Both the position numbers and the translations under genes were made by a program. A model generated the notes under the pieces. It did not search any database, had not been told where the DNA came from, and saw only the letters and a list, made by a program, of their open reading frames with translations. A stretch of 29,091 nt of DNA from a virus. Taxonomy: Duplodnaviria; Heunggongvirae; Uroviricota; Caudoviricetes. Shown one piece after another: positions 10,187-19,873 of this stretch (positions within the stretch are counted from its first letter, which is position 1; each line of letters starts with the position of its first letter). The stretch is taken from the IMG/VR virus record IMGVR_UViG_3300010885_065725, one strand, 5' to 3'.

Positions 10187-11385
10187 CTAACATATCTCGC
10201 TCTTATTGATGTCCACATTTGATAATTATTTGTGATACTAGTATTTTTGAAACCTACATAGGGTATTAAAGAAAATCCTTCTTTCAAATTATAATCACCG
10301 AGATATAAAATATTGAAACCTAACCTATTTATACTACCATAAAAATCATCCATCCTAGAATGGGCATATGGTCCAATCCTATTACTAACGTGACTGGAAT
10401 CCCCTAAAAATTTTATTGTATTATATAAATGAAACCCTGATGTACCGCCACCAACATCATTAGCATAAAAAACATTTTCTTGAGATAATGTCCCAATAAG
10501 AGCATTACATGTAACCTCATCCTTACCAAAAAATATATCTGCTTCTATTGTTACTACACTACCGATAGTTATTGTATCTTTTGGTATAGGGACAGAAATT
10601 GGCATCAAAGGGAGAGATATAGTCATTGGTTTAATACTTATATTTGGTGTCTGTGTAGATACTGTATTGGAAGCAGTGCATGTAAAAGTTATATAACTAG
10701 TGATAATAATATTATCGTACCAACCATCAGAAAAGTATATATTTGCATTAGTGAAACTTAAATATACTTTATTTCCTGTATTACTGATCATAGATGCAGG
10801 ATCACTTAGCATATTATGTGCAAATCCGCTTGTTAATGCAGTTCCTGAAGGAATAGTAACTTCTTGTTGATAAACTACCCAACCAATAGCATCAGTCCCG
10901 ACCATTGACTGACTTAGTGTAATAGTTTTTGCAACAGTATCTACACTAGCAACAGTATAATTAATATTTGCTCTGGTAATTGTCCATCCAATGGTAGTAC
11001 CAGAAACCATTGCTTCTTTAACTGTTATAGTTTTTGCAACAGTATCTACACTAGCAACATTATAATTATTTTTAAACCATGCTAATTGATATATTCCTAC
11101 ACCACCATTTGTACCAATAATAAAATCTGTTACAGTATTCCATATTCTAGAATTATCAAAAATAATATTATGTCCTATTAAAATAGGATTAGAACCAATA
11201 GAAGTGACCGTCATCTTTCCAGTATTATCTATTCCTGCCGTAAAAGTTGCTGCATTTGTAGATATAGATATAATATTTCCTGTTTGAGTAGCACTCCATG
11301 ACCCTTGGGCAAAATTTGGTACTATTAATGGAGTTCTTTCTAATGGTAGCAATACACCAGATTGTTTTGTAGATATCTCTCTCAT
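10183..11385 (-). CDS. Structural protein, partner family A, with inserted module (400 aa)
   Basis: Start moved from the ORF-track TTG to ATG 11385 (MREISTKQ...). This matches the paralog N-termini and gives an ATGA overlap with the upstream stop. Confidence 0.85.
   Translation of the reverse strand: MREISTKQSGVLLPLERTPLIVPNFAQGSWSATQTGNIISISTNAATFTAGIDNTGKMTVTSIGSNPILIGHNIIFDNSRIWNTVTDFIIGTNGGVGIYQLAWFKNNYNVASVDTVAKTITVKEAMVSGTTIGWTITRANINYTVASVDTVAKTITLSQSMVGTDAIGWVVYQQEVTIPSGTALTSGFAHNMLSDPASMISNTGNKVYLSFTNANIYFSDGWYDNIIITSYITFTCTASNTVSTQTPNISIKPMTISLPLMPISVPIPKDTITIGSVVTIEADIFFGKDEVTCNALIGTLSQENVFYANDVGGGTSGFHLYNTIKFLGDSSHVSNRIGPYAHSRMDDFYGSINRLGFNILYLGDYNLKEGFSLIPYVGFKNTSITNNYQMWTSIRARYVR
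10922..11059. repeat. 33-bp exact direct repeat (10922-10954, 11027-11059), period 105 bp, encoding [11 protein letters not shown]
   Basis: atagtttttgcaacagtatctacactagcaaca occurs twice. Confidence 0.92.
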
Positions 11386-12113
11386 CGTACATATTCCGAT
11401 TTTATCATAGAACACATTATATAGTCATTGGTAGCAGCAGATTCAAATTGTATTCCTGGGCACAATGTCAGACCTGTTGTAGAAATGTTTATTAAAGACC
11501 CGATAACTTTTGTTTGTGCATTTTCGTGTTGAACATCATATGATGTAATAAAATCAGAATCATTCATAAAATATATCATACTATACATAAAATAACTGCT
11601 TAAAGATGCATAATTTGAATTATTATTTACAAATAATAATGGAAAACTAGGAATACCAAGACCAAAATGTATTACTCCTCTACTAATAATGGGCATATGA
11701 AAAAATATTTCTGTTCTTATACTTGAACCGCCTTTTAAATTTTTAGGAGGAAAATAAATATTTAATCCAGTCATTGCTACTGCAGATGTTCCTAGAGGAA
11801 TAACAGAAACAGCAGTAATAATATTTCTTGATATTTTAGATTCACATGTAAAAATATTTGTATTTACTATTATTATATTATAATATGTATCAGAAGGTAT
11901 CCCTGAAGAAAAATTTATATATACTCTCACATTTTGATGATTTATTCCATCTGATATATGTGGAGAGATATTGTGTACATTGGCACAAGTAACAGTGATC
12001 TTATTTCCTATTTGTGTTGCAGTTGCTCCTCCATTATTGAAACTGGGAACAATTAAAATAGAATTATCAACAGGAGTATTTGTCCCAGAGCCATATACCG
12101 ATATCTCTTTCAT
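11382..12113 (-). CDS. Structural protein, partner family A, minimal form without insertions (243 aa)
   Basis: MKEISVYGSG...ATQIGNKITVTCANVHNI...[15 protein letters not shown]; paralogous to the two downstream genes. Confidence 0.85.
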   Translation of the reverse strand: MKEISVYGSGTNTPVDNSILIVPSFNNGGATATQIGNKITVTCANVHNISPHISDGINHQNVRVYINFSSGIPSDTYYNIIIVNTNIFTCESKISRNIITAVSVIPLGTSAVAMTGLNIYFPPKNLKGGSSIRTEIFFHMPIISRGVIHFGLGIPSFPLLFVNNNSNYASLSSYFMYSMIYFMNDSDFITSYDVQHENAQTKVIGSLINISTTGLTLCPGIQFESAATNDYIMCSMIKSEYVR

Positions 12114-12117
12114 AATA

Positions 12118-13548
12118 TTAATTTATTAAAGTTACTGAAATAGGACTTACAAATGTAATTTTTATGTATTGGACATCTTCAGAAATGAAACTATGTATTT
12201 CATTGGTGGCAGCAGAAACAATATATACAAAAGAATTATTAGTGACAACAGAATTTACGTCTCTTGTTGTAACACTCACTGTACCTGTCCCAGATATCAA
12301 TATTCTGAACATTGTAGGAACTTCGTACCATGTACCAGATACTGCAGAAACAGATGTAGAAATAGCAGAAGAAGTACTTAATCCTCCCCATAACCCATTC
12401 TCATATAATTTGAATTTGTTTAATGATCCGTCATATACAATATCTCCATTTACAGGAGTAAATGCAGAAATAGCAGAAGAAGATAATGTGGCAACTCTGA
12501 AAGGAGTATTATTTACTTTTACTACTGATGTTGCAGATAGAGTAATGCTTGTTGCACTGGTATATGTAGGAGAAGTAATTCCAGTAAATGTAACAGAATT
12601 TGTTGTATTTAAATTTTGATCATATACTGCACCTTGAGCTGCAGTATTTATAGATATCCATGTCCCATTTTCATATAATTTGAATTTATTTGCAGTAGAA
12701 TCATATACTACATCTCCATTGGAAGGAGTAAATGAAGAAATTGTGGTAGCAGAAAGTGAAGCAAATCTGAAAGGAGTATTGTTTACTTTTACTATTGTCG
12801 ATGCAGCAAAAGTAATGTCTGCATTACTGCTATACAAAGAAGATGTAATAGAATTAGATGTTATACCAGAAGTAGCTGTAATAGAAGTACTTGTGATACC
12901 AGAAGTACTTGTTATACCTGCAAATGTAACAGAATTTGTTGTATTTAATGTCTGATTATAACTTACTGCACCAGAATCAAGTGTTACCCATGCATTATTT
13001 TCTCGTAATTTAAATTTATTTGCAGTAGAATCATATATCATATACCCATTAGAAGATGCAATTAAATCTATTGCAGTTGTTGTTGCAGAAGCAAGCTGCA
13101 ATGGAGAATTAACAATTTTTACTGCTTTATTTGCAGGAGCAGTAATGAGGATATCTGTTACATCATTATATAAATTTGATTTTACTCGAAAAAATTCTAC
13201 AGAATCTGTAGTATTCAGACTCTGATTATATTGTATTGGATTTGCAAGTATTGTCCATACAGAACCATCAGGAACAGTCACTCCTGGATTAACTGTAACT
13301 GGTCCCATCGAAAAGGCATTTTTATTTGCAGGAACAGTATAATTTGTTGTTACTGTCCTATCATTCAAATAAAATACTTGATCAGTTCCTCCTCCAGTTG
13401 CACCACCGCCTCCTCCAGTACCTGTTCCTCCTAATGCAATAGTCTCTACTTGGGTATTAATATTAATAAAATTCTGGTCAAGTTCTTCTACTGTGAGTGC
13501 AGAATTTTTGGCAGTAGCACCGACACTCCTAGTAACAATAATTGCCAT
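12118..13548 (-). CDS. Tail-fibre-like protein with N-terminal anchor motif and three internal repeats (476 aa)
   Basis: N-terminal TR...ALTVEELDQNF motif typical of phage fibre N-termini; GATGGGTDQVFY...WTI module; three YNQxLNTTxSV...NGxxxYDxxxNKFKLxEN repeats. Confidence 0.8.
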   Translation of the reverse strand: MAIIVTRSVGATAKNSALTVEELDQNFININTQVETIALGGTGTGGGGGATGGGTDQVFYLNDRTVTTNYTVPANKNAFSMGPVTVNPGVTVPDGSVWTILANPIQYNQSLNTTDSVEFFRVKSNLYNDVTDILITAPANKAVKIVNSPLQLASATTTAIDLIASSNGYMIYDSTANKFKLRENNAWVTLDSGAVSYNQTLNTTNSVTFAGITSTSGITSTSITATSGITSNSITSSLYSSNADITFAASTIVKVNNTPFRFASLSATTISSFTPSNGDVVYDSTANKFKLYENGTWISINTAAQGAVYDQNLNTTNSVTFTGITSPTYTSATSITLSATSVVKVNNTPFRVATLSSSAISAFTPVNGDIVYDGSLNKFKLYENGLWGGLSTSSAISTSVSAVSGTWYEVPTMFRILISGTGTVSVTTRDVNSVVTNNSFVYIVSAATNEIHSFISEDVQYIKITFVSPISVTLIN

Positions 13549-13566
13549 TTTTTTATTCCCTATTTT

Positions 13567-14124
13567 TTACGAAGAAACGCCAATAATTAATTTCTCTGTA
13601 GCAAGAGTAACTGCAGTAGTAATATTGATTCTTAAATATGGCGCATTTACTGTAATTGGAGTTGGCATTGCAGCACCACCTGCAGCTTGTGTAATTGCAG
13701 TACCAATATCGAACCAATTAGTATTATCGATACTTCCTTGTATTTTATATGCTGCAGTAGCAGTAGAAGTAGATCCTGATAATACACTTACCAACAATGG
13801 TGCCATTGCAGTAGAATTAGAAAGTGTCAACGAAGGAGATACTGCTGTTGAATCTAACGATCTAAAAAATGGAACAACAATTATTCCGTCAGATTGAATT
13901 CCGTAATCGGTATTAGAAGGAAATGTCAGTGTAGTAGTAGTGAGAACCGTAACAGGAACATCTATCTGAGTAGTACTATTTTTCATCAAAATAGAAACTA
14001 CGTCTCCTGTTGCAAGATTATGTACTCCTGCAGTAGTAACAGTAATAAGATTTGTTCCACTATTGAATGAAGTAGACGTAATTTTTACTTCTTTTTTAAA
14101 ATATCTTACTCTTTTTGAACTCAT
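13567..14124 (-). CDS. Virion structural protein, two small beta domains (185 aa)
   Basis: ITVTTAGVHNLATGDVVSI beta module and C-terminal YKIQGSIDNTNWFDI...PYLRINIT, both seen in phage structural proteins. AAGG SD upstream. Confidence 0.75.
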   Translation of the reverse strand: MSSKRVRYFKKEVKITSTSFNSGTNLITVTTAGVHNLATGDVVSILMKNSTTQIDVPVTVLTTTTLTFPSNTDYGIQSDGIIVVPFFRSLDSTAVSPSLTLSNSTAMAPLLVSVLSGSTSTATAAYKIQGSIDNTNWFDIGTAITQAAGGAAMPTPITVNAPYLRINITTAVTLATEKLIIGVSS

Positions 14125-14165
14125 TTTAGTATTTACCTTTTATATAAATTGTTTTTATATATTTA

Positions 14166-14471
14166 TTATATTGTCATACCAGTTATTATCCATGTAGAAG
14201 ATGATGGCAATGTTATTACAATTCCATCATTTACAGTAACAGATCCTACACTCAATGCATTACTATTTTCTGAAATGTTATGAGAAATAGTAAGGATTTT
14301 TGAACTTTCATATATAGGAATAGTAGAAGAAATATTACTTACAGTATTCAAAAGTGCAGAAACATGTGCAGTCGCAGCAATCAATTCATTATTTATTTGA
14401 ATAAAATTATTATCTACCTGAGAAATAGACAATGGAGATGCAGAATTTTGTCTAAGTGTAATATTTGCCAT
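14166..14471 (-). CDS. Small fibre-anchor-like protein (101 aa), miniature paralog of the N-terminus of 12118-13548
   Basis: TLRQNSASPLSISQVDNNF and NALSVGSVTVNDGIVITLPSSSTWII motifs. AAAGG SD upstream. Confidence 0.8.
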   Translation of the reverse strand: MANITLRQNSASPLSISQVDNNFIQINNELIAATAHVSALLNTVSNISSTIPIYESSKILTISHNISENSNALSVGSVTVNDGIVITLPSSSTWIITGMTI

Positions 14472-14511
14472 TCCGGAAACCTTTGATAATTTTTTTAATT
14501 ATATATATTTA

Positions 14512-14543
14512 TGTGGCAGATATATTTTTTTATATCTGCCACA
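14512..14543. terminator. 13-bp perfect hairpin between genes (terminator-like or RNA-stabilising)
   Basis: tgtggcagatata-tttttt-tatatctgccaca lies just after the stop of 14564-18427. There is no clear U-tract on the sense strand. Confidence 0.5.
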
Positions 14544-14563
14544 ATACATACTTTAAAAAATTA

Positions 14564-17500
14564 TTATATTGCTGCTGTTCTAGATATTTCTATTAGATTT
14601 GTTCCATTAGAAACAAACTGCATTGTATATACTTTTGCAGTAACTGTTCCAGTAACCAGAGTTGCAGTTGCTTTAAAATTTCCTCCAAATGTCAAAGTAA
14701 ATGATGCAGTTCCTAAAGTATTGACAATAAGAGTTATTATTGTTCCTGCAGGTGCGGAGTCATATGTATATGTAGTACTTGCTACAGGAGTTACTGAAAT
14801 AACATTTCTTACCGATGTAGGTAACATTTGTGAAGCATATGAAGTGCCAAAAGTTAAATTTCCTGCAGTATTTTTAAATGCGAAAAATGGTGTTGAAAAT
14901 GACGATCTTCCAAATCCCATATTAATAATTGCAGAATTCCCTTTTTGTGTACTTGGTCTAGTAATGTTATATGTAATTGTTCTAGTAATTGGTGTTAATG
15001 TGACACCAGAACCATTTATTACAGTTATTGTTACAACATTAGTTGCAGTTTCTGCAGTAAATGCAGATGGTTGAGTTATTTGGAATACTGATCCTGAACC
15101 TACACCTGCAGCTTGTGTCATACCAGTGACTACTGATGTACAAGTAAATGTATTATTTCCTGATGCAGCATAAGTACATTGAGTAGTACCTACATATGCA
15201 GTTACATTTGATGAATTCATTGAACCAATAGCAAGATACGTACTATAATATGCATTTGTTGCTGCTGCAAGTGAAGTAGATTGGCATGTTTGCATTTCAT
15301 TTGTAACAAATGCATTTGCAACTAATGTTGCTCCTTCAATTAACAATGGTATAGTTATTTGACTAACTGCAGTTTTTGCATCTCCATCAACAGTTCCGGT
15401 TACAGAACATCCAAAAGTAACAACCTGACCTTCTGTTAATGCAGAAAAATTAGATAGTAATGCATTATAATATACTCCTGTATTATCAACTGCTCCTCCA
15501 TTAATATTCCAATTAAATTGTGGAAATAACATATTTGTAGAAAGAGTTTCCCCATACTTATTTGTTTGTGTAGGAATTGATGCTCCAAGAATTATTTTAT
15601 TTGTCATATCTATATATGAAGATACTAATGCTTCTCCTACATACATATTACCATTTGTATATATACTAGAAGAGTTATCTACAAAAAGTCCAACTCTACC
15701 AATACCATCTGCAATAATAATAGTATTATTTTGAGAAGACGACCCACTTGCTCCAAATCTTAAATTAGTTTTTGGACTTACTGTATAACCACCAATATAA
15801 TTTCCTATAATAACAGAAGCATTTGTAGATGCGTATGCGACACTGACATAACCTCCTAATGATATATTATCATTCCCAGAAGTTAGTATACTATTAGCTG
15901 CCCCAATTGAAGTATTATTTATGCCAGATGTTAATGCAGAAAGACTATTAAACCCTATTGCAGTATTATTTGATGCTTTTAACATTGCTAATAAAGATTT
16001 AGCACCTATTGCAGTATTATTTGATTGTGTAAAATTATTTGCAGTCGCGGATGAAGCAGCACCTTTCATCGAACTATATCCGAGTGAGGTATTATATGAA
16101 GATACTAATGCATATTGTTGGGTTGAATGTCCAATAATAGTATTACCTTGTGTAGTAACCCCAAGGTTACTAACACGTTGACTAGAAAAATCCCCAATTG
16201 CAATAGAATAACAATTTCCATTAACTCCACCAAGAGTTAATCTTAACAAACCATTGCCAGCTCCAAGTAAACTAGTTACACCAAATATAAGACTAGTTGC
16301 TCCAGAATTCCATCCATCACCACCATAAATAAGTTTTGCATAAATAATTATTCCTCCATAAACAACAATTTCTGCTCTTGGGTAGGCTACGGTAGCAGAA
16401 GTACCTGTAGGTGCTGCTGCTACTAAATTTAATATAACACAAGGATAATATCCATCTGTATATAAAGCACCTGCAGTAGTAATAGTCAAATTAGAAAAAC
16501 TAGTACCTCCTGATAATGTAGTATTTCCAATACCAATACACGATCCGGCTGATACGCCAGTAAATCCTAATAATGCATTTATTCCTATTGCAATACACGA
16601 ACCAGAAGCATTAAGGGAATATGTACTCAGAGCATTAGCTCCTATTGCAACACAATTTGTAGAAGTTGTTATAGATTTTCCAGCCTGATATCCTATTGCA
16701 ACACAATTAGAAGCAGTAGTTGCAGAATATAATGTACTTGTTCCTATTGCAACATTATAATATGGGATACTTGCTGTTGTTCCATATAATGCATTTGTTC
16801 CTATTGCAACATTATTTCCATTATAATTAACTGGGACTATCATCGTGCCACCGTATGAACCAGTAGGATTAGTATTATATAATGCATTTGTTCCTATTGC
16901 AATATCGCTTTTTCCTGATGCATTTTGCATTGTTTTATAGCCAATTGCAATCGAATCAACAGATTCATATGAATATAATGTATTATATCCTATTGCAGTA
17001 TTATTATTTCCATTCTCTATTGAAGATAAAGAACCATTTCCTATTGCAGTATTATTTTTTCCATCTAATAGTTTATTTGAACTGTTATATCCTATTGCAG
17101 TATTATTAATACCTGTTATTATATTTGATGTACTATTATATCCTATATATGTTCCTCCAACATTAGTATCTGTAGAAATAGAAAGTTTTCCAGTTCCTGT
17201 AGAATCCTGTAATATCAATCCAGGGTATCTAGATATCGTAACAGGAACTGCACTAAATTTAAGATTTTCTACAGAATATGCAGAACTGGTGTAAATAAAA
17301 TTATTATAGCCAGTAGCAACATCATTAGCAGTGATATTAACATATACTACAAATGTCTGTAGTGTATTCGGTATTGATACATCATATCCTAAATCTATCA
17401 ACAAATGTTTTTTATCATTTATAATGAAATAACTAGTTACTGAACTATTAATTAAAGGTGCATTTGATGGTGTAATAGAGGTTACAAATAAAGTAATTTT

Positions 17501-18427
17501 ATATTTACCTGCAGAAAATGGAGCTGTATATGTTGCAATTTCTGGTGCAGTTCCTGTTACACCATCAAATGTCCATAACTGAGAACCTCCAACAGTACTG
17601 CCAGTTACATTAACAGTTTGTGGAAGAAAAGCTGCATCTGTAAATTTTTCTACACCATATACAATACTATCCTGTGTAGTATTATTTTTTAATATTAATG
17701 CACCAGAAGGATCTTTACTGGGAATATTATATAAAGATGTTCCATCTCCAATATATAATGAATTTGTGTCACTTACTCTTGCAACACCATTAAATAAGGC
17801 AGTAATGTTTGTAGATGATGCAAATGTTGAAATACCTGCTGCCTGGGCACCAAGTTTCAATTGGGCAGCAGAAATTGTCCTTTGGACAGTATCTGTTCCT
17901 GTAGTAGCAATAAGATCTGTCATTGCAGAAATATTTGCTCCTACTTGCAGAATAGTTGTTCCGTCACTACAATAGAGAACATTTCCTACTTTATATATTC
18001 CTTCTGCTGCACCAGCAGAAGGAGCAGATGCAACAGTATATACTCTATTTCTTTTAATTTTTACATTTGCAACTGCTCCTGTAAGAAATGTAGAAGCATT
18101 TGTTCCAGTAATTATTGCATCGTCTGCAAGAATAAATGTTGCATAAGAAGTGATTCCTGTCATTACAGAAGAAAGAATATAACTTCCGGAAGGAACAAAT
18201 ATTTCTATAAAATTTCCTGCATTAACAGAATTTGCTGCTGCAGCGAAACCTGATGTAGCATCAGATGCATAATTAAAAGTCTCTGAAATATAATCTTTTA
18301 CAGAAATTATGTCCCATGCCTTGCTCTGCATTGGTCTTGTCACTGCACCCTTTGCCGATCCACCCTTTGCAATCTGTGTTATTGCAGTAGAACTGATACC
18401 ATTTGTTCCGTCTATTGTTATACTCAT
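14564..18427 (-). CDS. Long tail fibre/tail spike-like protein (1287 aa)
   Basis: GAVTRPMQSKAWDIISVKDY motif typical of tailspike N-regions; many ~14-aa NTAIG/NxAIG repeats (YadA-head-like beta-roll); C-terminal TLTFGGNFK...FVSNGTNLIEISR domain. AAGG SD upstream. Confidence 0.82.
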   Translation of the reverse strand: MSITIDGTNGISSTAITQIAKGGSAKGAVTRPMQSKAWDIISVKDYISETFNYASDATSGFAAAANSVNAGNFIEIFVPSGSYILSSVMTGITSYATFILADDAIITGTNASTFLTGAVANVKIKRNRVYTVASAPSAGAAEGIYKVGNVLYCSDGTTILQVGANISAMTDLIATTGTDTVQRTISAAQLKLGAQAAGISTFASSTNITALFNGVARVSDTNSLYIGDGTSLYNIPSKDPSGALILKNNTTQDSIVYGVEKFTDAAFLPQTVNVTGSTVGGSQLWTFDGVTGTAPEIATYTAPFSAGKYKITLFVTSITPSNAPLINSSVTSYFIINDKKHLLIDLGYDVSIPNTLQTFVVYVNITANDVATGYNNFIYTSSAYSVENLKFSAVPVTISRYPGLILQDSTGTGKLSISTDTNVGGTYIGYNSTSNIITGINNTAIGYNSSNKLLDGKNNTAIGNGSLSSIENGNNNTAIGYNTLYSYESVDSIAIGYKTMQNASGKSDIAIGTNALYNTNPTGSYGGTMIVPVNYNGNNVAIGTNALYGTTASIPYYNVAIGTSTLYSATTASNCVAIGYQAGKSITTSTNCVAIGANALSTYSLNASGSCIAIGINALLGFTGVSAGSCIGIGNTTLSGGTSFSNLTITTAGALYTDGYYPCVILNLVAAAPTGTSATVAYPRAEIVVYGGIIIYAKLIYGGDGWNSGATSLIFGVTSLLGAGNGLLRLTLGGVNGNCYSIAIGDFSSQRVSNLGVTTQGNTIIGHSTQQYALVSSYNTSLGYSSMKGAASSATANNFTQSNNTAIGAKSLLAMLKASNNTAIGFNSLSALTSGINNTSIGAANSILTSGNDNISLGGYVSVAYASTNASVIIGNYIGGYTVSPKTNLRFGASGSSSQNNTIIIADGIGRVGLFVDNSSSIYTNGNMYVGEALVSSYIDMTNKIILGASIPTQTNKYGETLSTNMLFPQFNWNINGGAVDNTGVYYNALLSNFSALTEGQVVTFGCSVTGTVDGDAKTAVSQITIPLLIEGATLVANAFVTNEMQTCQSTSLAAATNAYYSTYLAIGSMNSSNVTAYVGTTQCTYAASGNNTFTCTSVVTGMTQAAGVGSGSVFQITQPSAFTAETATNVVTITVINGSGVTLTPITRTITYNITRPSTQKGNSAIINMGFGRSSFSTPFFAFKNTAGNLTFGTSYASQMLPTSVRNVISVTPVASTTYTYDSAPAGTIITLIVNTLGTASFTLTFGGNFKATATLVTGTVTAKVYTMQFVSNGTNLIEISRTAAI

Positions 18428-18523
18428 TTATATATACCTTTTTTATGATTTCTATTATTACAAAATAAATTAAACTTTTATCTTGTATTTATATTTCTTT
18501 TATATATGAAAATATATTTTTTT

Positions 18524-18584
18524 TTCTTTTGCAGAAGCTTTTTCTTTTTTCTTTTCTTTTAAAAATTCTTTTGCAGAAGCTTTT
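18524..18584. repeat. 19-bp direct repeat ttcttttgcagaagctttt (18524-18542, 18566-18584)
   Basis: Read directly in the intergenic DNA upstream of the structural operon. Confidence 0.85.
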
Positions 18585-19080
18585 AAAAATATATTGCAGT
18601 ATTCAGGAGATTTAGATTCTACCTTTAAAAGATAGAAATCTTTCTTTCTCTTCTGAATCTTCTATTAAAAAAAAATAGAAAGAAAAAGAAGAGAAATTTA
18701 TATTTGCATATAAACTATCGAAAAAGATATCCGAAGAAAACCTTTACTATTAAAAGGGAGCAGTGGTTGGGCTGTCTGCATTTACATCTGTCTACTATAT
18801 TTCCCAGCGGTAACAATATTCTATTTCGGATCATTAAAAGAATATTGCATAGGTCTTGTTTCATACCATCATATAAGATAATTATTTTATATTCTTTGCT
18901 GCCATTTCTTATTTGGGCAGCCAATTTCGAATTCCTTCCAACTTCCTGATATGCAATTGCTATATCATCTTTGGTTACGCATCCCTGCAAAAGAAATATA
19001 TTATTATCTTTTTTGCAGTGCGAAATTCTTTTTGTATTTCATATACCAGTATGGAGACGAAATAATTTATTTCAACCCTA

Positions 19081-19109
19081 TTGACAATAAGATTAATATA
19101 TAATATAAT
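19081..19109 (+). promoter_or_regulatory. sigma70-type promoter, perfect consensus
   Basis: TTGACA-17 nt-TATAAT. Confidence 0.8.
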
Positions 19110-19143
19110 ATGCTCTCTATTTACAATACAAGGAAAAAATAAA

Positions 19144-19287
19144 ATGTTTTATAATATATCAAAAAAATTAAATATAACAAACGTAAAAAAAATGACTTTC
19201 AAAGAAATTTGTATTCTTAAACTTGACTTGTTATATGTGATTATATGGTCTATACTTGTATTGTATCTGGTAATTTCACCATTATGA
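19144..19287 (+). CDS. Possible 47-aa small protein with a C-terminal hydrophobic helix
   Basis: ATG 19144 with AGGA about 10 nt upstream, directly downstream of the consensus promoter. LLYVIIWSILVLYLVISPL could span a membrane. Very AT-rich, so it may be spurious. Confidence 0.45.
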   Translation: MFYNISKKLNITNVKKMTFKEICILKLDLLYVIIWSILVLYLVISPL

Positions 19288-19317
19288 AAATTTTTAATTC
19301 TACGAGACATTTATATC

Positions 19318-19596
19318 ATGAAAAAATTCTACTTACACAACAATATAAAGACTTCTGACAACAACAACAACAATATAGCTTTATTACTCGTATCTACCAA
19401 TGAAATAGAAAATAACTTTCTTGTCAATGAACTTTCTAAACTCATGCTGATACTAGAAAAGACAGAAAAAAATCTTTCTCTTCTTTTCGAAACAAATAGA
19501 AAAGAACTCTCAAATATGTATCCTCCCTCAATACAAACAAATTTGAGAGAATCATTGACAGAAATGCAGGATTATATCCATGCGTTTTACGAATAA
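19318..19596 (+). CDS. Hypothetical protein (92 aa)
   Basis: ORF track; helical, protein-like composition; no recognisable motif. Confidence 0.6.
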   Translation: MKKFYLHNNIKTSDNNNNNIALLLVSTNEIENNFLVNELSKLMLILEKTEKNLSLLFETNRKELSNMYPPSIQTNLRESLTEMQDYIHAFYE

Positions 19597-19764
19597 TAAA
19601 TAATTGTTATATAAATACCAACCAAAAATAAATTTTTTGTTACAGGTTTTTTATATTGTAACATTTTTAATGGAAAATTCATTATGGATAGATATGTTAC
19701 AATATATTGTTGTGAATAACACAAAAACCAAAATTTTGATCTTTTTTTAGTTGATATATACCGT

Positions 19765-19804
19765 ATTTGGTGTGGTTTATATAAAAAAATAAACTACACC
19801 AAAT
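19765..19804. other. 16-bp hairpin (one G-T pair) with an A-tract loop
   Basis: atttggtgtggtttat-ataaaaaa-ataaactacaccaaat. Confidence 0.7.
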
Positions 19805-19809
19805 TTGTG

Positions 19810-19846
19810 AATAGTAGAATATATTTTTTATTCTACTATTTTTTTT
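19810..19846 (+). terminator. Putative intrinsic terminator
   Basis: aatagtagaata-7 nt-tattctactatt followed by a T run. The stem is AT-rich. Confidence 0.55.
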
Positions 19847-19873
19847 AAAAAACCAAAATAGAGAAATAAAAAA

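Noticed and set aside
301-11059. Near-identical repeats as the template/variable pair of a diversity-generating retroelement
   Set aside because: In the 57-bp pair the differences are not adenine-specific on the coding strand. The repeats are mid-gene, and there is no reverse transcriptase in the window.
185-15074. Plus-strand ORFs rich in V/I/P/T (e.g. 386-922, 307-1128, 4690-4917, 7953-8372, 12164-12619, 13493-13897, 14511-15074)
   Set aside because: They are antisense shadows of Thr/Gly/Ser-rich minus-strand genes whose codon usage leaves the opposite frames stop-poor.
18486-18493. TATAAATA (minus strand) upstream of the fibre operon as a T4-type late promoter
   Set aside because: Expected by chance in such AT-rich DNA, not repeated exactly before the other structural genes, and the SSB is bacterial-type rather than gp32-like.
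18704-18990. ORFs 18704-18949 (+) and 18715-18990 (-), and a possible tRNA in the same stretch
   Set aside because: TTG starts without SD and no protein-like motifs. I could not build a cloverleaf or find a T-loop consensus.
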